The translations under genes were made by a program, and so were the position numbers. A DNA stretch of 62,081 nt, the filler included, from Globobulimina sp. (lineage: Eukaryota), in the NCBI GenBank assembly GCA_003354225.1. It is 20 parts of 20 records of this genome, joined end to end, with 100 filler letters (N's around TTAATTAATTAA, not from the genome) between each part and the next. Parts side by side here need not be neighbours in the genome. Positions count along the whole stretch, not along the records: positions 9,333 to 12,342 come from PIVH01004032.1; positions 12,443 to 15,452 come from PIVH01004033.1; positions 15,553 to 18,562 come from PIVH01004034.1; positions 18,663 to 21,672 come from PIVH01004035.1; positions 21,773 to 24,782 come from PIVH01004036.1; 15 more parts are not named here. One strand, given 5' to 3'. Under the pieces are notes generated by a model, which saw only the letters and a program-made list of their open reading frames with translations, was not told the DNA's origin and did no database searches. This document shows positions 9,641-22,413 of the stretch, in pieces. Each line of letters starts with the position of its first letter. The first letter of the stretch is position 1.

Positions 9641-12294
9641 TCACGATATAGGAGCATGATCATCCGTAGATGCCTGACTATATTCAATCATTCTTCCTTT
9701 CGGCTCCAATGTAATGTTACAACTCTTGCCGTAATCCGTTCTATTTTGAGAGAAGACCGGCTTCTGAAACGGGTTGAATTTCTGTGGTAAAGATGGCTTT
9801 TCTATTTTTTTATATTCCTCCTCACAAAATGATCCTGGCATATATGTCATACACAAAGGTTTCTTGCGCAAAACACCAGCTTCTTGAAACAATGCGGCAA
9901 CTACACCAGAACAAATGTATCGATCTTTATAACCTTTTTTGACGCCCACTTCTTGTCGCATGATATCAATAAAATTAATATCAAGAAGTTTTGTGTGATT
10001 ATATTTGTTTCCAATAACTGTTTCTGCAAATTTTTTAATTTTTTCTTCCATATCTTTTCTCTTCGTACCATCTGCATCATCGCCGATATTCAATTTAAAA
10101 TAAGTGGCATTGGTTCGCATCATCTTCCCCAATGTACTCAAATGGATATTAAATTTGCCCGTTTCGACCACTTCTCCATCTTCGATCATTTCGGAGTTGC
10201 TTCCCGATGCTTGGAATATACCGATTGTATTTTCTTTCCCATACATTTTTCCATTTGTTTTGTTTTTGATGGTTCCACGAAATAAAATCCCCGAATGAGA
10301 AAATGCGGAGCAGGTAAACGTACGAATAAATTTGGAGCCATCATCTTCATCTAATCCGCTCCATAAAATAACGTCACCAGTTTGTCCTTTTTCTTCTATC
10401 TCACTTTGTTTAATTGGGTTTTCCCTACAAAAGCCCGGATATTTTGGTGCTTTCACGAAGTTATTCACCACATATAATATTTCGCGCAACCAATTTATTG
10501 AATGCTTTTTTTTGCCTGGTTTTTTTAAAATGAATTTTTTTGACCACTTAATCAAATTTTTGAATGGCTTTTTTTTCTTTTTCAACGGATTTTTCATCGT
10601 TGCTCCATTATCTTCATTTTCATCATCGTCATAAAAACCTTGCATTAATTTTCTTAATTCATCATCTTCATCGTCTGTATGTTCATAATAATGTCCAATT
10701 AAATGGCTTAATTCTTTCAATTGCTTGTCATCACAGGATTGCATTGCTAAACAGGTGCAGGAAACAAGCAAAGCCGTAGCTTTCTCAGCTGTCTGACTAT
10801 GACCTGTATTGGTATCATGATCATGCGGCGTTTTTTCGTCATCATATACAAATTCAGTGCTTTCCAGTGATTTTCCAGTTGTTTCTAAAGCTGATTGAAA
10901 CATATTACACGCAGCTTCGTAGTTACTTTCCTCAATCAATAACTCGCCGAGATATACCCGAATGACAGCCAACTTTTCTTTAAGTGCTTTTTGAGATTCA
11001 TGATCATCAGAAGCGCTCTCCGTCAGATTGACAATGATTGTTTCTGCCTCTTTCAACTTAGTCTTTGCTATTTGCACAATCTCATTCTTCTTTTTATTGT
11101 GTTCTGCATTATCTTTATTCGCCACATGTATTAATCGGAGTGATAGCTCCCCAAATAACACATAATCATCCACATTCATCGCATATTTTTCCTCATCCTC
11201 TGCGGTATCTTCGTCTTCTTCCTTTTCTTCATCGTCGCCGCCGATTTTGTCAACCCAGGCTTTAAATTCATCCAAACTCACCGTATCGCTTCCATCCTTA
11301 TCAATCGATCGAAATATTTTGGCTGCTTTAAATTTATTGATCTTTAATTTGTCTTTAACCAATTTCTGAAATTCTTTAATCTCAAAACTACCCGAATTAT
11401 CCTTATCTGCTTTTTTAAACTCATCAATAATTTGCGAATAAACCTTGAAATTGTCCAATCCTCCTAAATCATCCACATATGCTTCAAACTCTGCAAATGA
11501 TATATCGCCATTTTCGTTTGCATCTATCCGCTTAAATAAGTTTTTAGCTAAATTGGCGTCCAAATTCATTGCATCCTTTGCTAATCTTAGGAATTCATCC
11601 AAACCAAGCGATAAATTTCCATCTTTGTCTGCATCACGAAATGCCTATATATAACAACATATATTCTATTATTATTATTATATGCGATTTTGGGCATAAA
11701 TATTTTTACTTTTTTGAGTGCTTTATATTGTAATAATTTATCAATGCCACCACCACTTTTTAACCACGAATCAAACTCAGCGAAGGAGACCGATCCATTG
11801 CCGCTTGCATCAATCTGACGAAATAAATCGGAGGCTTCGTCATTGTCACATCCTAATTGGTCAGTTGCTAATGGTATAAACTCTTTCTCTTCCAAGGTTT
11901 TACTGCCATCGGTATCTAATTTTTTTAACGCTGCTTTTAATTGACTTATTTTTGATTTTTTAGACTTATTTTTGATTTTTTGTGCATCAATCTCTTTTTC
12001 TTCATCCATATAATCGAAGGAATCATCAGTTAATTTTTTTAAAATTAATTTACTTTGCACAAAAATGCCAAATCCAGGCGGACATTTAAAAAAGTATGGG
12101 TCCTGACCTTTATATCTTCCATCTGTTGTGCCCCTCTTCTCTGTTAATCGAATCCCATACCAAGTTCCCAATGCAAAATGTTTGGCTTTTCCTTTACCAC
12201 CATCCACTATCACAATTATTTGGCCTGTTTTCGATGGTTTGACCATAACTTTATCTCCAACTTCATAGGGTCCTGACGACTTTTGTTCTGCCAT
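9641..12294 (-). CDS. CAP-Gly, six EF-hands, TPR-like and permuted papain-like (YaeF/YiiX, C92) protein, 862 aa; intron 11645-11709
   Basis: CAP-Gly GTWYGIRL..GTTDG..FFKCPPGFGIFV. EF loops DTDGSKTLEEKE, DASGNGSVSFAE, DKDGNLSLGLDE, DANENGDISFAE, DKDNSGSFEIKE, DKDGSDTVSLDE. TPR-like LGELLIEESNYEAA. C92-like TGDVIL..SHSGI..ICSGVVA. Exons of 585 and 2004 nt join in phase. Confidence 0.85.
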
Positions 12295-12442
12295 TTTGGT
12301 TCACTGAAACTAGTTCACAAACATCCTTAATTTCAAATTATANNNNNNNNNNNNNNNNNNNNNNNNNNNNNNNNNNNNNNNNNNNNTTAATTAATTAANN
12401 NNNNNNNNNNNNNNNNNNNNNNNNNNNNNNNNNNNNNNNNNN

Positions 12443-14962
12443 GAATACATCAAACAATCCGGCGGTGTGTTACCGGAGACCACCACTACTATCACACACG
12501 AAGAGTATCAGCGGCGCAAAGAAGAAAATAAAGGGCCGAAAAAGCCGCCCATTCCGCATCAAAGCAGCCAACTCTCGCATCCCTTACCAGCGCCAGATGG
12601 CATCGGTTCGCTACGCTCGCAAATGTTTGGTGTAGGACGCGTAGGTTCGCTACGTTCGCAGTCCACGCCTGACGGCTTGGCGACGTATGGGCGCGATACG
12701 GCCACTAATGAGCCTCTGCCCATTGACAAGTTGCCGTCGCGTATACGTGGCATTGTGGTGCGTTTAGACGAAGACATTGCGAAAATATCCACGTATATCC
12801 AACAAGTGGCGTTGGAAAAGGACCAATTGAACCGCTACCAACGCCATTTGCACAAATTAATTGCTCGCCGTGGGCAATATGCAAATTGGTGGAAGGCGCA
12901 GCAGAAAAAGCAGCAAGTACTGGGCAGTGCGGCTGGCGACATTGCGAAACCCAATGTGTCCGTCGGCCTGCGACATACCAATTCGTTGCAGCAATTGGAG
13001 CATTACAAGGATTATTACAATAAGCAATTGGACAAAATGATAATCAGTGCGCAGACGGATGCGAAATTTAATACTTATGTCGATTATTACCGACAGAAAT
13101 TAAAAGCAGTGGAGAAGCGACAAAGAGAGTTGGAATCGCGACAGAAAGTCATCGTGGAAGCACCGTTGGAAGCACAGGCGTTGGATAAAGAGAAGGGGGC
13201 CTCGGCCATGGATGTGATGAATGACGAAGCGATTAAGAACGCCATTAAACGACAAAGCGATAACGCAGTCAAGGCACAAATGCCGCTCACCAGTAATAAT
13301 AACGCCGCGGATAATAATGAAGATCCATTTGCATCGTTGATGAATTTAAGTGATTTGGGCTACACTCAGGCCACTACGCAGCACAATAAGCCGCAAGCTA
13401 CGCCGGTCCATAAGGTCACGCAGCAGCAACCGGTGTGTAATAACGAAGAGGCGATGCATGCCTACATTTACGGCGCACCCCGGCACCAACAATCGCCGCC
13501 ACAGCCCCAAGTGCAGCCGCAGCCGCAGCCTCAAGTCCCTGTACAGCCGCAGGCACAGCCACAGCCACAGGCGGCCGTGCCACATAAAAGGGACATATCG
13601 CATCAGAAGCAAAAGCTAAAGGCGTATATACGTCAACATGCGCTGAAATATGTAAAACCTCCGCCGGATCCAAAGGACGAGACCTATCCACATTGGTATC
13701 AGGGATTGCGGAAGGTGGAGAATATCATTTATGCCAAATATATGAATAAACAGCGCAAACGCATGGAAGCGCAGCAAAAAGAATATGAACAGATGAAGAA
13801 ACACAATGAGCATGGCATGGATGGACGGTCTCCCCCTTCGCACCCACAACATGCCGCATACAGAGCGCCACCACACAATGCGCATCAAGCAGCCTCTTCC
13901 CATCCACAGCATGTGTCGCAGCATCATGGCCATGGTGGACATGCCCAGCATCCACACTCACCGTACGGACCTGGGCCCGGACCACATAGTATGCATAGAG
14001 GCATGCCGCACGGCAATGGTCCTCCGGCACAACATCCGCATTCGCCGTATGGGCCACCCAGCGGGGCACACAGCCATGGCTCGCCATACGGATCACTGCC
14101 ACCGCATGGCCCACCGATGCCCAATGGGTCGCCCCCTGTAGGCACCCAACACGGCGCATACGGACCACAACACCATTTACACCCTTCGCAACAATCGCCG
14201 CCGAACATGATGCCGCAACATGCACAGCAATATGGCGCACCTCCCGGACCCCCACCAGGTCCGCCCAACCCACATCAATATAACAAATCGCCGTATGGCC
14301 ATCCCTCCACACATCCCGTCAGTCATAGTGGACATGGCTCGCCGCAGCAGGTCTCGCATCATACGCAAGGGTCGCCGGTGTCGCATGGCACGCATTCCCA
14401 AGCGCCCCATCACAGAATGGCCCATTTAAATATCTCTCCCACGGCACAAGGACACAATCCGCCGCGCTCTCCGCCACCGCAACAACAGCCGCAATTGCAA
14501 GGATATCCTCCCGTGCCGCAGAAAGATGTGCATACGCACACTACGCATACGTTGCCGCCGCAGGCACAGTCGCATGGGCATCCCAGTGCGCAGCATCCAC
14601 AGTCCATGAATTCGCCGCCGATGGCCATGAGTTACTATGCAAACATGTCGCCGCCATTATCGCCACAAAACCAACAGCAACATAGTAATAAATATCACCA
14701 TGCGTTGGATAATAGATACCATCGAGGCTATGCACCGCATCCTGCACAACAACAATCGCCGCCCAATCCCGGCAATAATGGCAATGCACAGAATGCGCAA
14801 AATCCCACTACGACCTCGCATGGCTATACTACGTATAACACGCAGTCGCCTCCGAGCAATCAGGCAATGTATCAGCAACAACATCAATATCAAGCGTCGC
14901 AACGATCGCCTCCCAATCCACATCAATATCCGATGCATTATCAAGATATTGCCGATCAATAA
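12443..14962 (+). CDS. Gln/His/Pro-rich low-complexity protein with coiled coils, 5' partial
   Basis: Long frame open from the contig start, prion-like C-terminal half, AT-rich 3' UTR after TAA. Confidence 0.8.
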   Translation, partial: EYIKQSGGVLPETTTTITHEEYQRRKEENKGPKKPPIPHQSSQLSHPLPAPDGIGSLRSQMFGVGRVGSLRSQSTPDGLATYGRDTATNEPLPIDKLPSRIRGIVVRLDEDIAKISTYIQQVALEKDQLNRYQRHLHKLIARRGQYANWWKAQQKKQQVLGSAAGDIAKPNVSVGLRHTNSLQQLEHYKDYYNKQLDKMIISAQTDAKFNTYVDYYRQKLKAVEKRQRELESRQKVIVEAPLEAQALDKEKGASAMDVMNDEAIKNAIKRQSDNAVKAQMPLTSNNNAADNNEDPFASLMNLSDLGYTQATTQHNKPQATPVHKVTQQQPVCNNEEAMHAYIYGAPRHQQSPPQPQVQPQPQPQVPVQPQAQPQPQAAVPHKRDISHQKQKLKAYIRQHALKYVKPPPDPKDETYPHWYQGLRKVENIIYAKYMNKQRKRMEAQQKEYEQMKKHNEHGMDGRSPPSHPQHAAYRAPPHNAHQAASSHPQHVSQHHGHGGHAQHPHSPYGPGPGPHSMHRGMPHGNGPPAQHPHSPYGPPSGAHSHGSPYGSLPPHGPPMPNGSPPVGTQHGAYGPQHHLHPSQQSPPNMMPQHAQQYGAPPGPPPGPPNPHQYNKSPYGHPSTHPVSHSGHGSPQQVSHHTQGSPVSHGTHSQAPHHRMAHLNISPTAQGHNPPRSPPPQQQPQLQGYPPVPQKDVHTHTTHTLPPQAQSHGHPSAQHPQSMNSPPMAMSYYANMSPPLSPQNQQQHSNKYHHALDNRYHRGYAPHPAQQQSPPNPGNNGNAQNAQNPTTTSHGYTTYNTQSPPSNQAMYQQQHQYQASQRSPPNPHQYPMHYQDIADQ

Positions 14963-15684
14963 TTTGCAGATAAAGAAATAAAAACTTATAAATATTAAAT
15001 CGTTTAATTTTAAGTTCTAACTGACAAATAATTTATGTTTTTTGTAGCATACTCATACCGATCTTTCCTCTGTTTTGCTGATAAGTGTTTTATATTATTT
15101 TTTTGTTTTTTTTTCTTCCTCACATGTTCATCCTGTTTGTTTTCAATAATTCTATAAATGCGTTGAAATGTGAAATATTTTTATTCCCAAATTTATGCAA
15201 ACAACCTTCAAGCTTTAATTTTTTTTTTCTTACACTTTTTTTTTTCCATTGTTATTTTTTTGTGTACCATTTGTGTTTTTTTTTTTTTTTGAATGTGACC
15301 AAATTAACAAAACAAATTTTACAATTTTTTTATTCTATACACAATTGCAATTCTTTTCTCCCTTTTCATTCAATCCGAATTTTGTATGTTTGTTATATGT
15401 TATTTTGCTGACTGACTATTTTTTGCCCACATTTTATATTGTCATCACCCTTNNNNNNNNNNNNNNNNNNNNNNNNNNNNNNNNNNNNNNNNNNNNTTAA
15501 TTAATTAANNNNNNNNNNNNNNNNNNNNNNNNNNNNNNNNNNNNNNNNNNNNATAATTTTTTTCAGGTGCAATGTGAATGTGTGAGTTATGCATACACGA
15601 TAACCAAACTATTATTAGTTTAGTTATCTTGAGGCATGCATTTTTTTTTAAGTGAAGTGTTTTTTACTTGAACAGTTTTTTTAA

Positions 15685-17542
15685 ATGAATAATATGGAAA
15701 ATAAAGAATGCAAAGAAGCAGAAGAAAAACAAGAGATACGAATGATGACATTATCCTCATCGTTTTCAAACCATCGCTATATATTCTACCATTGTTTGCG
15801 TGCTGTAAATAGTATAATTATCAGCTCGACAGCATTATGGTATTCGCATTACTATTTGATACGTACAGATGATGATAAATCGTACTCTTACTTTTGCAAG
15901 AAACCCAAATTAAAACCACCCGCTCCCACACCGACGCCAACATGCACCCAACAACGCAAATTATGCGACAAAATCACGCAATTTTCCTTGTTATTTTGTG
16001 TGGCCACCAATCTGCTCTCCAAACTAAAAAAACGTGCATTAACCAAATTGCTGATAAATATCAAAAGCTCGCATTTCAAATCGCATGCACATGCCATATA
16101 TGTAAAACAATCTGATTTGCAATTATTAAACAAATGGAAGTGCTTATTAGGAGGACACAAATATTACTTTGGCAGCTTGGATACCTCCATATTGGTCATG
16201 TTGTATACGAGTTTAATCTCTGAAACCACGCTATTTGCCTTCAACAAACAAGCGGCGCTCTCTCTGACTGCGCCATCCGACTCAGATCCGTCTCAATCCG
16301 ATTGGAAAAACAGATATTTTCAGTTTGAACAAGAAACGCAGGAAATTGAGTGGCTAAATCCCACCCAAAGCCAACCTCAAATCAGTGACAAACCATCGCT
16401 GTATTCCAGCACTTACGCGGTTGTCACACAATATATTGCACTGTTCAGTGTGCCCAGTTTTGTATTAAGTTATAGCTTCTTTCCAATCTCAACCCTTTGG
16501 TGTGTTATATATCATATATGCAACAACTGAAATTTACGGAAATTTCCCCGAATTTATAGTGCAATCCGATAAAAAAAATCACTTTCAAACTGAAAAAAAA
16601 ACATATTATATGGTTGAAATTTTTTCCTTTCAGTTTGAAACTGATTTGTTTTGCTGTGACAGTGCATTGAATGTATTCAAATGTGGAATGAGTGTGGAAC
16701 ATCGACAAGAATGTAATACATTGGTTTGGTGGAATAAAAGATTGTGTTTTGTGGCCATCGCCAAACATATTTTTATGGCAATCATAAATAAATTGCATTA
16801 TTTGCGCTATTTTGCCATTCGTGAAGTGTCCATTGCGACGTACAAAAAGAACATCAATCCCGGCAATAAAAGTAAAAAAAAAAAGAATTCCAAAAACAAA
16901 TTAGAACGCAGACTAAAAAATTTATTAGCACTACGATCATTTACTTATGACATTGTAAATATATTTCCATGGTTTTGTGTATATTTTAGTTGCGTAGCCA
17001 CGCAATCCGCCACTTATTATATTAAAACCTTTGCATCGCAGACATGGTTTTATTCGAGTCTCTCCAAAGCGAAACATAACAAAAACAAATATTTATTAAA
17101 AATCGCGTCGGTGAGCACCTTACTAATCGGTGTTTGTGTTGCAGTTGGAAATGAGACCTATTTTGAGAGTGTGAAGTATGCAAAGAAATGGTTTCTGAGT
17201 GTTGATCAATATTCGATTGAATCGTATCAATCAGAAAAAAAAGCAAAAGAGATAATGGAACAGGATGCATATGATTTGGATGATAAGTCGCATGCATTAA
17301 CACCGGGGAAAGAAAAGGATGCGACCTATCAAATTGAAGGTGGCGAAGGATATAAAATAACACCAAAATATAGTGCATTGCAAGAGAAATTAATCAATGG
17401 TAATTATCAGCAGGATTCAGAAATGTTGCTATCAAAAAGATATTTTCATCAAAAGGCGCATGATTTGTTTGAATATATGACTGAAATTTGTGTTTTTTTA
17501 GAAGATAAGTTTCTAAACGCATTGATTGTTCCTGTTTATTGA
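15685..17542 (+). CDS. Hypothetical multi-pass membrane protein; probable intron 16500-16662
   Basis: Two long overlapping ORFs can be joined in phase (TG|GT..AG|T); several hydrophobic segments. Confidence 0.55.
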
Positions 17543-18753
17543 TTGACGTCCGTCGCAATTGAATCTTGTTAATAAGTACGTGCACGCGCTGGTTACATAC
17601 AATGACTGTTGCCAGGTAAATATATGTTTTTTTTAATTATGCTGACTGGCAACAACTATTGGTGGAAGATTATATTTCACGCTGCAACATACACCATATT
17701 CACATCCAAAAATAGCTGCAATATACACCATATATTGTGTATAATATTTGTGATAGCTACCTGTGGTATGAACTATGAATCCGTATGTTGACATTTGAAA
17801 TTGAATTTAACTATCAATATTGGCACAATCTCACTTTATTAATAAGTACAGTGCTCGGTTTTCCTTGTCATGTTCCTTGCTGCTTAGTATTGGAATCAAA
17901 ACAATATTTACATTCTATTTAAATATATTCCATGATGAGGATAAGGGAGCATGTCAAAAAGATGTAATCGCTATATTGCATATTTTGAAATTGGTCCCCC
18001 ACACAATCCATGGTACCAATGTGACTGACTCACACGGCAAAAAAACATTATTGACGGGAATTACTGGGATTGTTACAATTTTTTGCAACAGAGCGTCATG
18101 CAAAATATGGATCATAATTAGAGTTGCCACACAATATACACAAACAGTGATCTATAACTTATTATATTATGACGCTATAATAATATTAAAGAGATATAAA
18201 TACTGTTTCCTATACCATCGATTTATGGGATATCTAAACTTTGCATATGTTGGTTTATGGGATATCTAGATAACAGCCACGATTTTTCATTTTCACTAAG
18301 TTTTAGTAAGCTGGTACACGTTTGGATGGTAAAATCTAGACAGCTTCCATAAATCAATCGATGCTATAAGGAAACAATATTTATATCTCTGTAACGATGG
18401 ATAGTTAATTAATTAATGCAAGAGATGAGTTAATTTGGAACACTCGCTGTTAGAGTTAATAATAATTCTGCACCACTCCAACAATTCTTTAATTTAAGTC
18501 TATCAATAGAGAGTTGACTTAGCGTATTACCCAACCTTTTTATTTCAGAAGGTAATTTTTCANNNNNNNNNNNNNNNNNNNNNNNNNNNNNNNNNNNNNN
18601 NNNNNNTTAATTAATTAANNNNNNNNNNNNNNNNNNNNNNNNNNNNNNNNNNNNNNNNNNNNTGCACGAACAAAAAAGGACATTACAATCACTCCTTTAG
18701 TTGAGCACACAATCACATTGACCACTGATGTACCTATTAAACTCCCTCCATAT

Positions 18754-21103
18754 GAGTCGCTCAAAGCATAAATGTTCTTTGCACAGCTCGTGTGAGTTGC
18801 GTTTTTGAGAATATGCTCGTGTTTACAAACCCGTGCATTAAATAGTGGCGCGCTGCCGTCTGCCGAGCTAATAAATTTACGGATGGCAGCAAGTGGAGCC
18901 GTGTTTGGCGGCGTCTGTTTTTCACGAGCGTTTACGCTGCGGCGCATGTCAAGCTGACCATTATGCTCAATTGAGGCTGTAACCTTAAAAACGATTTTGG
19001 TCGGCCGAGTCCCAGGAGCGGTCAGTCTAATGATATGTAATTGAGGCCACCTTAAAAACGATTTTGATTTGGTCCATAGACAGTTACAAGGCAATAAATC
19101 TATTATACAACAACGCACACACTACATATCAAACATGTTTATGTTCAATTTTTATACTAGTATTACTAACTGAAATGACATGTTTTATTTTATGACATTT
19201 AGGAAATGGATTTCACTGTACTCTTGCTACATATGTACATTAACAAGTGATTGTCCATTTCTCAACATAAATAATGCGGTTATGTGACTTAACTAATTTA
19301 CTTTGTACGGTTTTGCGCGTTCGGTATTTTCTGTGACATAAATCAGCCAAAAAACAGCTAAATTTTAAAAATTTTGAAACATAAATGGTACCATCGTGTT
19401 CAGCGGACCATTCTGCTATACATACAACTCTTAACTCGATATTAAATATGAAATATATACGTATTTTGAACCCCGAATCCATTGCTGCTAAAAGTTTTTT
19501 AAAATTTTCAAAATTCGCTCACTTATGACCTAATTTACGAAAAAAGTGCCTGTTCGTCAGGCTAATAATATCATGAATGGATCAAAGCAGCACACGATTG
19601 TTGACCGATTTGCACAAAAGTTGTACCGAAACTTCAACATATTATTGGTTATCAAGCCTTCAAATATCTTTCGATTTGGTCAAGAAACTAAAAAGTTATA
19701 GCGTTTTTAAAAAAGTCAAAAAATGTCAATGTGAAAGTAAAAGTCTCTATCTCTGTATGTGCGGTTTCTTCATATGGTTCTTTTTTGTAAATAAAAGTTT
19801 TTGACTTTTTGGTTCATTTACCGATAATTAACCGATCCGGTCATCACTTTTATCAGTTAATTGGTCACCGAAGGGACAGATTAGGCCAAAAAGATCAAAC
19901 ATGCACAGGTTGTACATACAGGAACTAAACAGACAGTAATAGTAATCGATTTAGGCTGTCCGCGAACGAGGGTCAGTTGGTCAGTGGCCGTCGCCGGCAA
20001 TGACAATTAGATGTCCTACATTGTACATAATCACTATCGGAATACAATGTGTTTGAAGCAATGAACAATAACTTTTCAGTTTTAAATAGAAACATTTTTC
20101 TGAACCCAAATTTAATGAGGAATACGCCTGTTCATTCTATTTTCACGTCAAATTAATATTCATCCAGTTATTCGATATTTTAGACTGAAACGACAGTATT
20201 TATCAATACTCAAAAAATTGCAGTCTTATATAGACATGGTTATTGCTTTGACTAGATAGCTAATGGATTATATTTTATGACTTTCTATATAAATATTTGC
20301 CTCTAGAGCCGAATTTCATGAGGAACACGTTGGGATACTTTATTTTTCACGAAAAATTGTTTTCGACGAGATATGAACACTTTTACGACATGACACGGCC
20401 GTCAAAATGTCTGAAATATGTCAGTCGGCCGAAAATAGCGCCAAGGCTACACAAATGAATGAAACAATAATAGTTACGGCGGATTTCCGGTCACTCAATG
20501 TATAAACTACATCTTAAAAGTTACCAGTCTTAATAGCGAACTTTCCTTGCTGAAAGATAAAGAGTATTTGAGCAATTCGGACGCCTTCAATATGTACGGA
20601 CATTATATTGGAGATTTTAGGTTGTTCAAAAGGACTAATATTATGTATGTATGTATGCAACTGCGTATTTGTAAAAAGCGTTTTCTATTTATTTGGACAT
20701 AATTTATAATGTAAATATGTAGATGTTTTGCTATAAACTGACCACTTACAAAAAAACACAAGTACATACATACATACTTGCATAAGAACACAGAGGCATT
20801 TAGATGGGTCAGTTGGCCAAACTCTATTAGTCTGACTACTCCTTTATCAACCAAACCAAAATCGTTTTTAATGTTACCTGCCTCAATTGACCATAATGGC
20901 CAGCTGGGCGTGTGCCGCAGCCTAAACGCTCGTGAAAAACGGATGCTGCCAAACATGGCTCCACTACCTGCCGGCGGTAAATTTATTAGCTCGGCAAACG
21001 CCAGTGCGCCACTAATTAATGCACGGGTTTGTAAACATGAGCGTATTCTCAAAAACGCAACTCACACGAGCTGTGCAAAGAACATTTATGCTTTGAGCGA
21101 CTC
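18754..21103. mobile_element. Non-autonomous DNA transposon, Sola-like (GAG..CTC termini, ATAT TSD, about 280-bp imperfect TIRs)
   Basis: 18754-19031 is an inverted copy of 20826-21103. The outer 60 bp are identical and divergence increases inward. ATAT flanks both ends (18750-18753, 21104-21107). No transposase ORF inside. Confidence 0.75.
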
Positions 21104-22413
21104 ATATTAGCTTAAAACCAAAATATAATTATAAAAAAGCGAAAAGGTTTAGTCTGTTTAATGTTCCAGCTAGTGGTTCAGGTGGTTCTAGTGCTAACAT
21201 AGTACCTGTTTCAGGCTTATTTTTTACTGGTATGACCGATTTGGTTGAAATTTTGTGGAAAGATACAAATTTGGATACCCTACCAAACCCCAAAGCGGGG
21301 GTTCGGTACTCTTACTGTAACTTCTATTTTTCAAGCTAACATATTTTCCACTTCGTGTTTCATCGCATAGGAGTGTAAATATCGGTTTCGGACCAAGCTA
21401 GATGAATTCGCCGTGTTCGAATTACTCAGAAAGTATTGACCGCCAAGTCTTTCGTTTCATGCTTCCTAGGTTGTAGTGCTTCAAAACAATGTGTTTTCTT
21501 ATTTTTGAGTAATATGCAACTTTTTCCCCTAATTTTTCTTAACATGACGCTCCCACCCCCCAATAAAAATGCATTACTTTGGAACTGGTCTAATTTCGTA
21601 CTTTGTTTTGTTTTAGTAATATGCACATTTTTGTCCAAATATGAAAATCTTTAATAATGGTCGGTTTGAGTTNNNNNNNNNNNNNNNNNNNNNNNNNNNN
21701 NNNNNNNNNNNNNNNNTTAATTAATTAANNNNNNNNNNNNNNNNNNNNNNNNNNNNNNNNNNNNNNNNNNNNAAAATATGTTAAAGCGTGTTGGTTTAAA
21801 TAAATGTGTGGATATCTGGTAGAAAGCAAGAGAGAGCGAAGCAGCCGCCACCAAAGAGGTCCTTCAGATATATGACATCAATATTTCTGTGCTATTCGAA
21901 AACAACACATGGTACACATTACCATCGTTATTTACAAAACATTACGAAATACCTCTGCGGTTTGATGAGAATGTGTGGACTGATCAGCCGCCAGACTCAT
22001 TACCATCGATACTGTTAACTTTCTCTTTTTTGTTTTGTTAACTCTCAGTTAACGTTTTATTGGTCATTAAATTCAATCGTATTACTAATTGACAGAGATC
22101 CGATAAAATACGATTTAGAAATGTATCGCATCAAAAGTTTGCAATCTGAATCAATATTTATCTATAACATCTACAAAACAATACTTTGTTTTATAGATGA
22201 CATAAATAATAATTAATGAGACAAATATGCCAACAATTATTCCAATCACAACACCAACAAACATATCACTGTTAAAATTACTTTGTTTCTCATTCTTATC
22301 CAACATATATGGACAGATATTATTTTGTTTTCATTTAAATGTTTATTTAATTTTTGATGAATAAATCTTTAATTTTCAAGTGACAAAGTCTTAAAGTTTT
22401 GAGTTTTTTTTGA

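Noticed and set aside
12559-14981. Many overlapping and antisense ORFs in contig 5, and similar ones in contigs 14 and 20
   Set aside because: They are shadows of GC-richer or low-complexity coding sequence and show no recognisable domains.
17580-18562. Short ORFs 17609-17791 and 17820-18269
   Set aside because: Non-ATG starts and no motifs; they cannot be supported as genes.
18754-21103. Diverged repeat pair as a DGR template and variable region, or as two paralogous ORFs (18615-19118 and 20778-21110)
   Set aside because: Mismatches are not adenine-specific on either strand and fall at all codon positions. The inverted orientation with a TSD fits TIRs, and the RT is PLE-type and on another contig.
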